From: Massalongia carnosa
Lineage: Eukaryota
Length of the DNA stretch: 64,000 nt
Assembly (NCBI GenBank): GCA_965645245.1
Contig: OZ287075.1
Span: 558,001 to 622,000, forward strand
Direction of reading: 5' to 3'
Position 1 is the stretch's first letter, and every line of letters starts with the position of its first letter. Both the position numbers and the translations under genes were made by a program. Below the pieces are notes generated by a model. It did no database searches and was not told where the DNA came from. It worked only from the letters and a program-made list of their open reading frames with translations. Below are positions 1 through 11,400 of the stretch, piece after piece.

Positions 1-127
1 CTTCCTCTTGCTAGAGGTGGGAAGAAGGGGGGAGGGAAGAGATTTGAACGCGGGAGAGGAAGGAAGGGGGGGGAAAAGAATGGCTGAAAAGTCGGCCTTT
101 TTTTCGGGGGCGCTGGGTTTCTGTAGG

Positions 128-166
128 GTCTTCTTCTGCTTCTTCTTCTTCTTCTTCTTCTTCTTC
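128..166. repeat. (TTC)n microsatellite
   Basis: Run of TTC units with one interruption. Confidence 0.8.
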
Positions 167-499
167 ATCGTCGAGCCCCCCCCCCCCCCCCTCTCTCTCT
201 CTTATCATCGCCCGATCCCCGTTCTGCTACTTTTCCTGCTATGGCTTTTCGATCGCCATCGGTTCATGATTCTCTCTCCGTTTGTTGTTGGGTATTTGTT
301 CAGAGGGGGGAAGGGGGAATCAAAAAACGGATTTTATGTTGCTGGGGTTCTGGACGAGAGGAAAGGGGGATAAGAGATGTTATTTTAATTATTTGTTCTT
401 TCCGAAAGGCTTTCCCAAGATCCGATAGATAGCTCGGTCTCCGAACCGATGCAGGAAGTACGTCAAAGATTAGCCGCACAACAGTGTTTCTCGTCTCAA

Positions 500-3400
500 A
501 ACCCCCCCCCACCCCGCCCCCACCCCCTCCTCTCCGCCACCATCCCACCTCTTCCAACTCCCCCCTTCCCCTAGCCTTCTCACCAACCCCCCATCTCGCC
601 ACCTCTTCCCCCTCCCCCACTGCCACCGCCGCCACCAAGGTGGTAGCTAGCGGCGCGATAAGCGCGCGGGTTCAAGCCGAGGGGATGCGCGAGCGTGGAT
701 TGTAGGTGCGCTTGCAGGGCGGCGAGAGGGGGGTGAGGAGGGCGAGGGAGCCGGAGAGGGAGGTGAGGAGGATGAAGCGGGTGGAGGTGATAGATAGAGT
801 GGAGAGGGGGATGAGGGGAAGGAGGGTGAGCGTGGAGGGATAGTGGCCGGTGTGGAAGGAGGCGAGGGGGAGGAGACATTGGCCGGCGAGAGATTTGGGA
901 TCTGGGGGGTTCGAACGCGCGGGGGGTAAGTTTGGAGGTTATTCATAAGGGAGGGGGGGAGAACACGCACCGTCTGGGTCGAACTGTACAATGTGGATGT
1001 TGCAGTCCGCGTCCGCGACGACGATATAGAGCTGCTTCCCATCGGGCAAGAAATCGGCAGTGACAACGTCGATGGGCCGTGGAGATTTGCCGAAGAGTCG
1101 GAGTTGGTAGGGTTCCTCCTGGATCAGTTCATATCGTTATTAGCTCGTTCGGTCACGGATTTTTCTTCTGTCGGATTTTCACTTTCCGGGAAGACAGCTA
1201 GACGGAAAAGCATAAGACGTACGTAGTACCCCGCCAGCCAAACCCCTTTGATCACGTCCCCCGTCAAACACAGCCCCGTCCCCTTGAGCTCCTTCGCAAC
1301 CGTAACATAACATTGCATGTCCATAAACGCAACCGGCAGCAGCGATCCATCCTCCTTCAGCCCGCGCACCAGGCATTTCTGGCCCTGCGCCACGAGCAAG
1401 AACTCCTGGCTCCCGATCTCGGACAGAGCGGTTACAGCCCCTTTCACCTCCTCCTTGGCGATAAGTTTCAGCTTCCGCCCGGTTTTCGGACGGCCGGGAT
1501 GCGGGACCACGTCTATGATGGCGAAGATGTAGATGCGACCGAGGAAGGGGAGGTCTTCACCGCGGACGAGGGCGGTGCCGACGGCGACGAGTTCTTGGCG
1601 GGCGTGCGAGTGTTCGGATGTTTCGAGCGTCATCGTCTGAATGCACATTATTACCTCTGCTGAATCGAGTTCGTGTCTATGAAAAAGCATTAGGGTGACA
1701 TTGGGATCCGCTGAAGAGGTTGGGGTGGCTTACTTGTCGATTATAGACCAAGTTTTATGGTCTAAGAGCTTAATTGATCCCTGATCGATTTGAGGTGGGA
1801 ATGACGTGTCTGTAACAGATATCATGAGCAGATTTCATCAGTAAAGTCAGAAAGAGAGATGAACCATCGTGATTTGTGTCACCCTGCACATCGTCCTCTG
1901 GCAGTTTGAAATCTGATGATTGGCTTGTTCCAAGGACGTAGGCGTCCTTCCCTTCGTGATAATCGAGTGCTTGGATCTCTTCGCCTACGACAGCCCTACG
2001 AGTGACCCAGCCAGTGGTGTACTGGCAGTCTGAGGGCAACTGTGCCGAAAAAGTTGAGCCCTAGCTTGACCATGAGTATATTCAAAATCTATAGCAATAA
2101 GGACTTACGCTGTTATCGATATAGAGAAAGCCCTTCTTGCATTTAGATGTGCTAAATCTGCTCAGACTTCGAACAGGACCTGTTCTTAAATTGATGATAT
2201 GAGGTGAGCTTGCAGCTGGCTTTATAACGAAACTGGGAGATGGTCCCGGCATAAAAACCGTGCTATAATTATCAAGGTTCGGTATTGCTCGCAGTGGCTG
2301 TACTCGACTTTCTTCCTCATCATAATCTATGTCCGTTACCGAATTTGAGAACTGAGGGTTCGACAATTTCAAAAACCTCAGAGCGGTGTCTCGGCTTCCT
2401 TCTATTAGGGACTGGTAGGGTTGATATATGATGAGCTCGTCATCGACGGAGCGAAGCTGAACGAATTAGTATTTGCAAAAGAAGTCGTGAAAGCAACTTA
2501 CAATTAGATAAGGAGACTTGTGAGTGGCATCTCCAAGCTCTGCTAGGAGAATCTCTTTCAAGGACTCCCTGGCCGACGAACGACGAATCGTGAACTCCGT
2601 GAACAAGAACGGCGGAAGGAAACTGAGATCATCTGCACAATATACTGGCTTTCTTAGATTTGAAAGACGGAATATCTTGTAAACTATTAGTGCAAGTTTA
2701 AATCGTAAAAACAACTCGGTGCAACGACGCATCAGAAACAAGAGTAAGCAAATTGAATCGACCTGTAAGCCATCAACGCTGCTTAATAGCAATAGCAATA
2801 CATTGCCTGCTTCATCTTCGCTATCATCTTCAGACTCCAGGCGCAGTACATCATTCGAATCCTCATATAGAGATCCAGAAAGCCACTTAGTTTCCGCGAT
2901 TGCTTCCCTCCTCTCCACTTCATCCAAGTCGCCGCTTTCGTCCGCACGCAAAATCATCACGCTAAAATCATCTCGTATTAGGAGCACGTAAGGATCAGAG
3001 AAAGTTGCGCTGATGACTTTTGGCTCAGCTCCTGTAGCATCGTCGATCATGGGGAAGATCTGGGCGAGATCGAAGTCTTTTAGGTGTTAGCTTGATATTC
3101 GCCACAGCAACGCATGAGTTCAAGCATGGGATGTGAATGCACATTTAAAGACACTATGATATCATAACTGCACAATGGATCATGGATTTCATTGATGCTA
3201 TAGACATGAAAAGAGAAGAGACAAAGGAATTTTGGTTCTTATCGTCAGTCAGCAATCGGAGTTGAAGATTTGAGTCTATGATATACAAGAGCTTTTCTCC
3301 ATCATCGAATGAAATACCCGCCTTATATAGATAAACTTTCCAGTCACCATACTCGAGGCCACAACTCAGATCGAATAAACCATAAAGCAAAGGAAGGACC

Positions 3401-5432
3401 AAGGTGAACTTACCTCCATCGTAGGTCCTTAATTCGCTCGACAAAACCTGAATAATTCGCGTTTCACCATTTAAAGTCCCTACCTCAATGGTCCCTCCCG
3501 CATCGGGATCGAAATCAGCGTCTCTAATCTCTTCAAGGCCAGCGAATGTGATTTTATATGCTGTCGAGCGCTCTTCCGTTTTCTCCATCTTTCGTGACGC
3601 AATGATGTACTTGTCATTATCAGCGGGACTTGGAGCATCGCCATTGATAGATTTTGCAGAGGCACCGTCAGACGCTTGTTGAGGACAAATTGACCAAATT
3701 GCATATGCGTTAGGCATCTTGAGCTGATTTACCGTTTCTGAGTTCATCTCCCTTTGATATATAGTCAGTCCTCCGGCTCTATCACTGCCACTTGCAACAA
3801 TCAACTCGAGTCTAGGTGGCTTTGCATTTGAGCATTTGCCATCTTCATTCCATCGATTGATGTTCTTTGACAAAGCAATGTCTTTCATAGGACCTGAGTT
3901 TTGCAATGCATCGTGGACCCGAAAGGAGTAATCGTCTCGAATGTCTTCCTCAGAAGGCAGCACCGATTGGTTCAAGGTTTTCTCGTCAGACTTGACATCA
4001 GAGTACAAATCGTCGTCATCCTCAAAGTCGTCATCGTCTAGATCAAGTGCTTCTTTATGTATCGGTGTCAGTGTTGACTCGAAAACGCGGTCGTTTGGAT
4101 TTGTCCGATTTGCGCGACTAGCCTAGAATAATCGAGTCCACTGTCTCACTTCCAACAAACATCCTTCCTCGTCCAATCAAAGACGCACATGAAACCTCGG
4201 CGAGGACAGCGCTTCCTTCATTCAGGCGATCAATGCGGCGCACTAAGAGCCCAGATACCGACCTATCATCAATCTTGAAAGTTAACACGGCAAGTTCGCC
4301 GTTGTTCAGAATGATTAGTAGCTCTCGATTATCTATTCCAAGTTGCTCAACCACACAGTATTTCAATCTCAACCTCAGATCCGCTTGATCAAGCATAGCA
4401 AAAGTTGTAGAGTTTTTCGCAAAGCTATTGACAGCAACACCATTGATTTTCTTCGCTTGATCGACATGAATCATTTCATTACCTCCAAGGAGCAGAGCCC
4501 CATCAAACGGTAGCGGTAGCGGCGCTACTTGGAACAAGTCATTTGAAAGTCCGTTGACCGATAGTAAGGTTGTAGAAGCTTGCTGTTCAAGATCAAGGGT
4601 GAAGACTGTGTAAGATAAAGTATCACGTCGCTCATGTAACAAAGCTGCAGATACTCCAAGCTGTGAAGAAAGAACCCCAAACGTCGGCTCTCGATACTCA
4701 TACAGAAATGCGAAATGGAGCGGATGAAACAAGATAGGGTCCAGGACCAGAAAAGAAAGAACAAATGATACGGCATAGGGGGTCTTATCCCTTGCATTTA
4801 TTTTTTTGAATGCGACCATACTAGAATCGAGCCCTTCGCCATCAACTTCTGTGTCAAATTCGCTCATGACAAGATCATCTCCAGCCTGATAAAACGGTAG
4901 GATCGCTACATGTCTTGACCCAAACTTCAACGCTGCACATCGACTGCCTGGATCTACGCTTAGATGGCTCACAGACTGCCCCGACTCTGGCTCCCATGGG
5001 CTACCTTGTAGGTCTTGTCGTTCATAAAGATGTATTGAAATTGTCGCGATGCTATATCGTTCAGGATCCCATTCGACTAGGCTGAGTTTGGCATCCCGAA
5101 GCGAGACCAGCAGAGCTTCGCCATCAGACTATGATTGCAGAATCTTTACACGAGCAATGGACGTGATGATGCCTGATAGATCATATTGAGCCACCAACAC
5201 CAATTTCGTCGTGTGCAGCCTTTCGTCTCGTTGCACCGACGAATCTGCAGTCGGATTCTGCCCATCAGCTTTTCTTGTACTGCTGCTGGCATTTGTGATA
5301 ATTGACTTGAGTGTGAATATTTGGAGAAGGGATGTTTTGGCAACGATGAGATTGTTTGCAGAAGGAGATAAAAATGGTAAGGAGAGTGAATGGGTGACAG
5401 ATATTGGGGGTTAACTGAGTGTAGCACTGCAT
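500..5432 (-). pseudogene. cft1: CPSF160/Cft1 cleavage and polyadenylation factor pseudogene (multi-exon)
   Basis: Start MQCYTQLTP at 5432. Recognisable segments: [26 protein letters not shown]...[64 protein letters not shown]. Disruptions: 1-nt loss in a C-run after codon 9, in-frame TAG at 5129-5131 and 4118-4120, and a frameshifting deletion near 725. The 3' end is approximate. Confidence 0.9.
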
Positions 5433-5782
5433 TTTCCTACATCAGTTCGTAGGCAAATCCGGTCGTGTTCGGATTTTGCATGGCAAGGAATGAAAGCATA
5501 AGATATTGATACTTCAGGATACTTTGTAAACACACGTGACTGACATACTTCGGAGGGAACGGCCCGTGATTTGACACATTTTCTTACATCACTTGGATAT
5601 GTCGACCTCTCAACCGGGCGTGGCTATAACCAACAGAAATGACGTTTTTAGTCACGTGTTCCAGCAGAAATCAACCCCGCCGAATGTATGAGTTCTAACT
5701 ATAATCCCGACCGTGCCACTTTCTTCTCTGTCATTCTTACACAGATCGCAGACCGAGTTTTCTCTCGGAACCGGCATTGGCA

Positions 5783-7715
5783 ATGACTCTCATCCAGTCT
5801 GCTCTCATCTGGGTTGTCTACGCTGTGGTCATTGCTCTAGTCGTTGCCGTTGCTTCAATCTTTGTTTACGTTTATCAAACCCCTCGAGAACGGTCTATCT
5901 CGATGACGATCGTATCGATTTTCACTCTAACATCGCTGCTTGCCACGGTGCTTCTCTTGCCTGTTGATGTTGCATTGATGTCGTCGACGACTTCATCAAA
6001 ACTGGGGAGGCGAAAGGATTGAGCCACAGGTGATCATGTGGACAGTATCCTACTCACTCTCAAGATTGTCTATTACACTCTGTATTCACTCGATGCGATC
6101 CTATGCCTGATTGTGGTACCATTCACATATTTCTGGTACGAGGAACACGACGAGGTTGCCACAGAAGAGGGGAACCAGACGATTGATACACGGTTTTGAG
6201 ATGCGTTCAAGTATACCATTGAGTTCATTGCTTTGATGATCATCGTATTCCTGGTTGACTTCTTTGCGCCTGTGGCCAAGGATCACAAAGGGCGCCATTA
6301 TGATCTTGAGTTTTTCAAGCATATATTGAATGAAAATCGTAAATCCCGTCTCCCTAGACCTTGACTCCTTGCTAAGAATCCATTAAACAGACGGAGAACG
6401 CGCCTTAACATTCAGGCTTGGGCTGCTCATCACGGTCGGCACGTTAGTCTATGTTCTGTATACTGCGTCTGGATTTGCTTTGCTACCGGTTGCCTTGATC
6501 AAGTCTGCTCCAGCGATCTCTGCACCAGCTCTGAGAGCCAGTACTGCTTCAGCTCTCGACCAAAACCGTGAACGTCAACGCCAGCTAGAAGGACGCAATG
6601 CCGGGCGAGATGATAATATATCACCTAAAGACCGAGAGAGCTTGACGCGCTCGTAAGGGAAGAGCGAACACTTGTGCGCCGTGAGTGCTTGGCCGCAGAA
6701 GCAAGTGGAGAGGGCCAGGGCTGAATCATAAAGACGTGGACGAAAATTGAGGCCGTCTTCCGCCCTCTCAAAGTGATTGGCGGACTTTTCCTCATGCTTG
6801 TTGCCTTGTTCATCTGGGTTTCGATGCTTTTGACTGGCATCGATAAAGCCAAGAACTCGATTTGCAAAAGCCACTGTGATTACATTCTCGATCACGTCAA
6901 CGTCTTTAATCCCATTAACTGGATATTCGTCATTTCCTCTAAGATCTTCCCGATCGATTATGTCGTCTTCCTTCTGCTGATCCTTTTCTTCTTCGCCAGC
7001 TCTGTCGTGGGCATCGCTGCGATCGGTATCCGCTTCCTTTGGATCAAGCTATTCCAGATTAGAAAAGGGCACACGTCGCCGCAAGCCTTACTCATGGCAA
7101 CAGTCCTGTTAACACTTATTGCGTTGGTGATGAATTACTCCTTGACTATGTTTGTTGCACCACAATACACACACTACGATCCGCAGACATACTGTGACCT
7201 ACCGTTCCGATATCCCACAGCCCAGCCGGACTATTCAACCCACAAGAGTAAAATCCGCCCATGTTCTGAACTCTCGACCTCTCAAGCCGCGCTTAATGTC
7301 TGCACACCTAGCGTTGTGAGCACATTTCTCGACAGTATTACTGCGAACTTTCCCTTTTTTTGGGATTGTATGTTTCTGAGCTCAGTTCGCTTTCTTAGGT
7401 ATGCATTATATCCCTGCACTTTGGTACCCAAGTTCTGCCGGCATTTAAAACATAACTATGGATATCTGATTTAACTGCTGACGTCACTTTGAAACAGCCG
7501 TCTATATTGTTGTCTTCCTCACAACCCTCTTCCGCACGCCTAAGCTTGATGAATACACGCTAGACCAGGATGCCGAAGAAGATGAGGAAGAAGGGTTGCT
7601 TGCGAGCACAGGGAGACGATTCGGGGCTACGTGGCAGGATATCACAGGAAGAGCAAAGAAAGGAAACACGGGCGGGAATGGGTTCCGAAACGGGGAAGAA
7701 GCGGAGGAAGAGTAG
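5783..7715 (+). pseudogene. LMBR1-domain probable lysosomal cobalamin transporter pseudogene
   Basis: Multi-TM protein with [39 protein letters not shown] and a C-terminal [25 protein letters not shown] at Trp positions 6020, 6197, 6722 and 7377; 1-nt frameshifts near 6635 and 7360; introns near 6339-6390 and 7399-7496. Confidence 0.85.
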
Positions 7716-7940
7716 GACGATATGAAAGGATGACTAACGCAAGTAATTTACGAGAAAAAGAAGATTCGTGTACAAATTGTGTGGCTTTTGTATTTTATGC
7801 AGTATGTTGAGGGGGGCAGGGAGAGCGAGTGTAAGCATTCTCTTATATTCGCATCGATTCCCCGGACATGTACACAATCATGGAGTTGTAGGAGTTGGTA
7901 TTAGGGGTTTATGAAGGATGAATGGACGAGGTCTTATAGT

Positions 7941-8222
7941 TGTAACTAGATCTATTCTTTCCTCATTGTTTCGTATTATTCAAAAGTAACGAATGATGAG
8001 AGGAGCGGGGAGATACTGAAATGAAGTGATGTGAAGAGAAAGTGCGATGTAGCTAACTTGTAGATCGGGAAACCAAAGGCCAAAGAACAAGAGGAGAAAA
8101 GAAGAGAAAAATACAACAATAAAGAAAACACAAGATGATACGAATAATTATAATACCTCACCACAGTAAGACATTTATGCACAATCATCAGCTTCAGTTT
8201 GGGTGATTCGACCCTGCGTCAA
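7941..8222. mobile_element. Putative solo LTR
   Basis: Begins TGTAAC and ends CGTCAA (degenerate CA end). Flanked by the 5-bp direct repeat ATAGT at 7936-7940 and 8223-8227. Confidence 0.5.
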
Positions 8223-8437
8223 ATAGTCGATAGATAGGGGGCGGAAAGCACCTGTCATGATGGGTTGATTGATTGACTGCCATTTATCGAAAACGGTTTT
8301 CAGCTGAGGCACACGCGGCTACAACTACTCTTCAAACATGTCCCCGAACCAAAAACCTAGATCTGTCTCCATTATTTTGCTATATCATTCCAGACAAAAG
8401 CCACCGCTACACAGTATTGAGGTTGAGATCGACTTTG

Positions 8438-11400
8438 ATGGCTGACCCACTCTCCGTCGCAGGAAGCGTGGTGGGGGTGATCTCGCTGGGAATCCAAGTC
8501 ACGCTGTCGCTAATCAACTTCTATAACTCGTACAAATGCCAAGATTCAGACCTCGTCAGCATAACCAAGAAGCTTGAAGGCCTCCTGGAAATCTTCCAAT
8601 GCCTTGAAAAGACCTTATTAGATCGCAATTTTCAAGCGGACGAACGAAGCTTGATCAAGAGCATCGAGACGTCGATCGAAAATTGTGATGAGTTGATTCA
8701 GGAACTGCAGGATGAGTGTCGGAAGTTTAGCAAAACATCAAAGGGAATCAAAGCTGCAGTTAGAGTTGCGGGACATCGAGCAACATATCCTTTCCGACAG
8801 AGCACCCTGCAGAAACTCGATGAAGATATTGGTGAAATACGTGCCAAGCTCTCCTTTACGCTGGAAATATTGCAGCTTAAGGACACTCAAAGAATTCAAG
8901 ATGATGTTGCTGAAATAAAAGCGCTTTTAGAGTTGGTCAAAACCAGTCAAATTTCATTAGATCTTCGTGACTGGCTAAATGCACCTGATGCCACCGTCGA
9001 CCACAATGCAGCCTGCGCAAAGAAACATCCTGGCACGGGATTGTGGCTCATCAAGAGCCTTGAATTCTCAAGATGGTTGACAGAGGGGAACTCCATTATG
9101 TGGCTGAGTGGATTCGCGGGATCTGGCAAGTCAGTCTTATGCTCAACAGCGATACAATTCACTCTGCGGCACCGAAGATCCGACCCCAGCGTCGGCATTG
9201 CATTCTTTTATTTTACCTTCAATGATGAGTCGAAACAAGATGAGTCGAGTATGTTACGAGCACTGCTGCTACAATTGTCGAATCAGCTCCAAGACGGCTA
9301 TGCAGATCTTACCCGGCTGCATGATTTATACAAATCCGGCATACCTCCATGGCCACTACTAGTTGAGCATCTCCGGCGCTTGATTCAGAGGTTTCACCAT
9401 GTTTATATCTTATTGGACGCGCTTGACGAGAATCCTCGAAATGGATCACGAGAGGACGTGCTTAATGTCTTAGAGACAATGCGAAACTGGGACGTACAAT
9501 GTCTGCATCTCTTCGTCACAAGTCGAGATGAACCGAATATTCGCGAGTCTCTCGATCTTTCTTTCACCCAACGAGTCGTAATGCAAAATGCAGGGATAGA
9601 CAAGGATATTGCCGACTTTATATCTAGTCGGCTTAATGAAGACCGAAGACTCCGAAAATTTTTGCCATACCGTGACAAGATTCACAAAACATTAGTCAAA
9701 GGTGCCAAAGGCGTGTAAGTGAATAACGATTAAGAAAAAGTAGCATCAACAGTTATCGACTGACAGCTCAATAGATTTCGATGGGTCGAATGCCAATTTA
9801 AGTCTTTGCAGTCGTGTCCTCGCAGTGAATATCATCTCAACAATGTGCTCAGTTCATTGCCTCAATCACTAGACGAAACGTACGAACGAATGTTGTGTAA
9901 CATCGACGATTATTTGATTGAAGATGCTAAACGAATCTTGACCTTGCTTTGCTTTGCTTCAAGGCCATTAACAATACAAGAACTTATCGATGGTGTCGCC
10001 GTCGAAATCAACGGCTTCACAGGACTGAACCGTAAACGTCGACTGCAGGATTCCGACGATATTCGCAATATATGTCTAGGTCTCATCGATATCGGTCTTG
10101 ACGCTGATCAAACGACTGAGACGTATCATGAAGAAGAGTTGACACCGACCATTCGAATTGCTCATTTCTCTGTCCAGGAATATCTGGAATCCGAACGTAT
10201 CCGGCATCAGAAGGCTGTAATATTTAGTTTAACAAGCGTTACTGCAAATGTCGAAATTACAAAGATTTGTTTAATATATTTGCTTGAACATGACCTTTCA
10301 AGCTCAAATCTGAATCAGAGTCTTCTTGAGATATTCCCACTGGCTCAATTCGCAGCCATGTATTGGTATCATCATTATCAAAAAACGAAAAATTCCGCTC
10401 CCGAATTGAACGATTTTATCTTGAAGTTATTCCAACATCAGGATTCATTTGCGACTTGGGTTAAGTTGCACGACATGGATCAACCCTGGCAAACTTTTAT
10501 TGACTTCAGTCGAGAATTGAGCAAGATCGCAGCTCCAGTCTATTATGCGTCATTATTAGGACTTGATCAGGCTTTGTCCGAATTAATCAATAGTGAGCAA
10601 ATAGAGAGTAAAACGATACCAGCCCTATCACTTGCATCTACGTTCAGGATACCAAAACAAATCAACGCTCAGGGTGGACATTATGGCAACGCACTGCAGG
10701 CGGCGTCATCGGAAGGTCATGATCAAGTAGTGCAGATGCTGCTCGACAAAGGAGCTGATGTCAACGCTCAGGGTGGACATTATGGCAACGCACTGCAGGC
10801 GGCGTCATCGGGAGGTCATGATCAAGTAGTGCAGATGCTGCTCGACAAAGGAGCTGATGTCAACGCTCAGGGTGGACATTATGGCAACGCACTGCAGGCG
10901 GCGTCATCGGGAGGTCATGATCAAGTAGTGCAGATGCTGCTCGACAAAGGAGCTGATGTCAACGCTCAGGGTGGATATTATGGCAACGCACTGCAGGCGG
11001 CGTCATGGAGAGGTCATGATCAAGTAGTGCAGATGCTGCTCGACAAAGGAGCTGATGTCAACGCTCAGGGTGGATATTATTATGGCAACGCACTGCAGGC
11101 GGCGTCATCGGGAGGTCATGATCAAGTAGTGCAGATGCTGCTCGACAAAGGAGCTGATGTCAACGCTCAGGGTGGACAAGATGACAACGCACTGCAGGCG
11201 GCGTCATCGGGAGGTCATGATCAAGTAGTGCAGATGCTGCTCGACAAAGGAGCTGATGTCAACGCTCAGGATGGACATTATGGCACCGCACTGCAGGCGG
11301 CGTCATTGGAAGGTCATGATCAAGTAGTGCAGATGCTGCTCGACAAAGGAGCTGATGTCAACGCTCAGAATGGACATTATGGCACCGCACTGCAGGCGGC

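Noticed and set aside
8..480. ORFs over (TTC)n and C/G runs
   Set aside because: Artefacts of microsatellite and homopolymer sequence.
5783..7715. In-frame TGA codons at Trp positions as UGA recoding or A-to-I editing targets
   Set aside because: The same gene has frameshifts and Gly->Asp changes, and neighbouring genes use TGG and terminal TGA normally. Pseudogenisation explains all of it.
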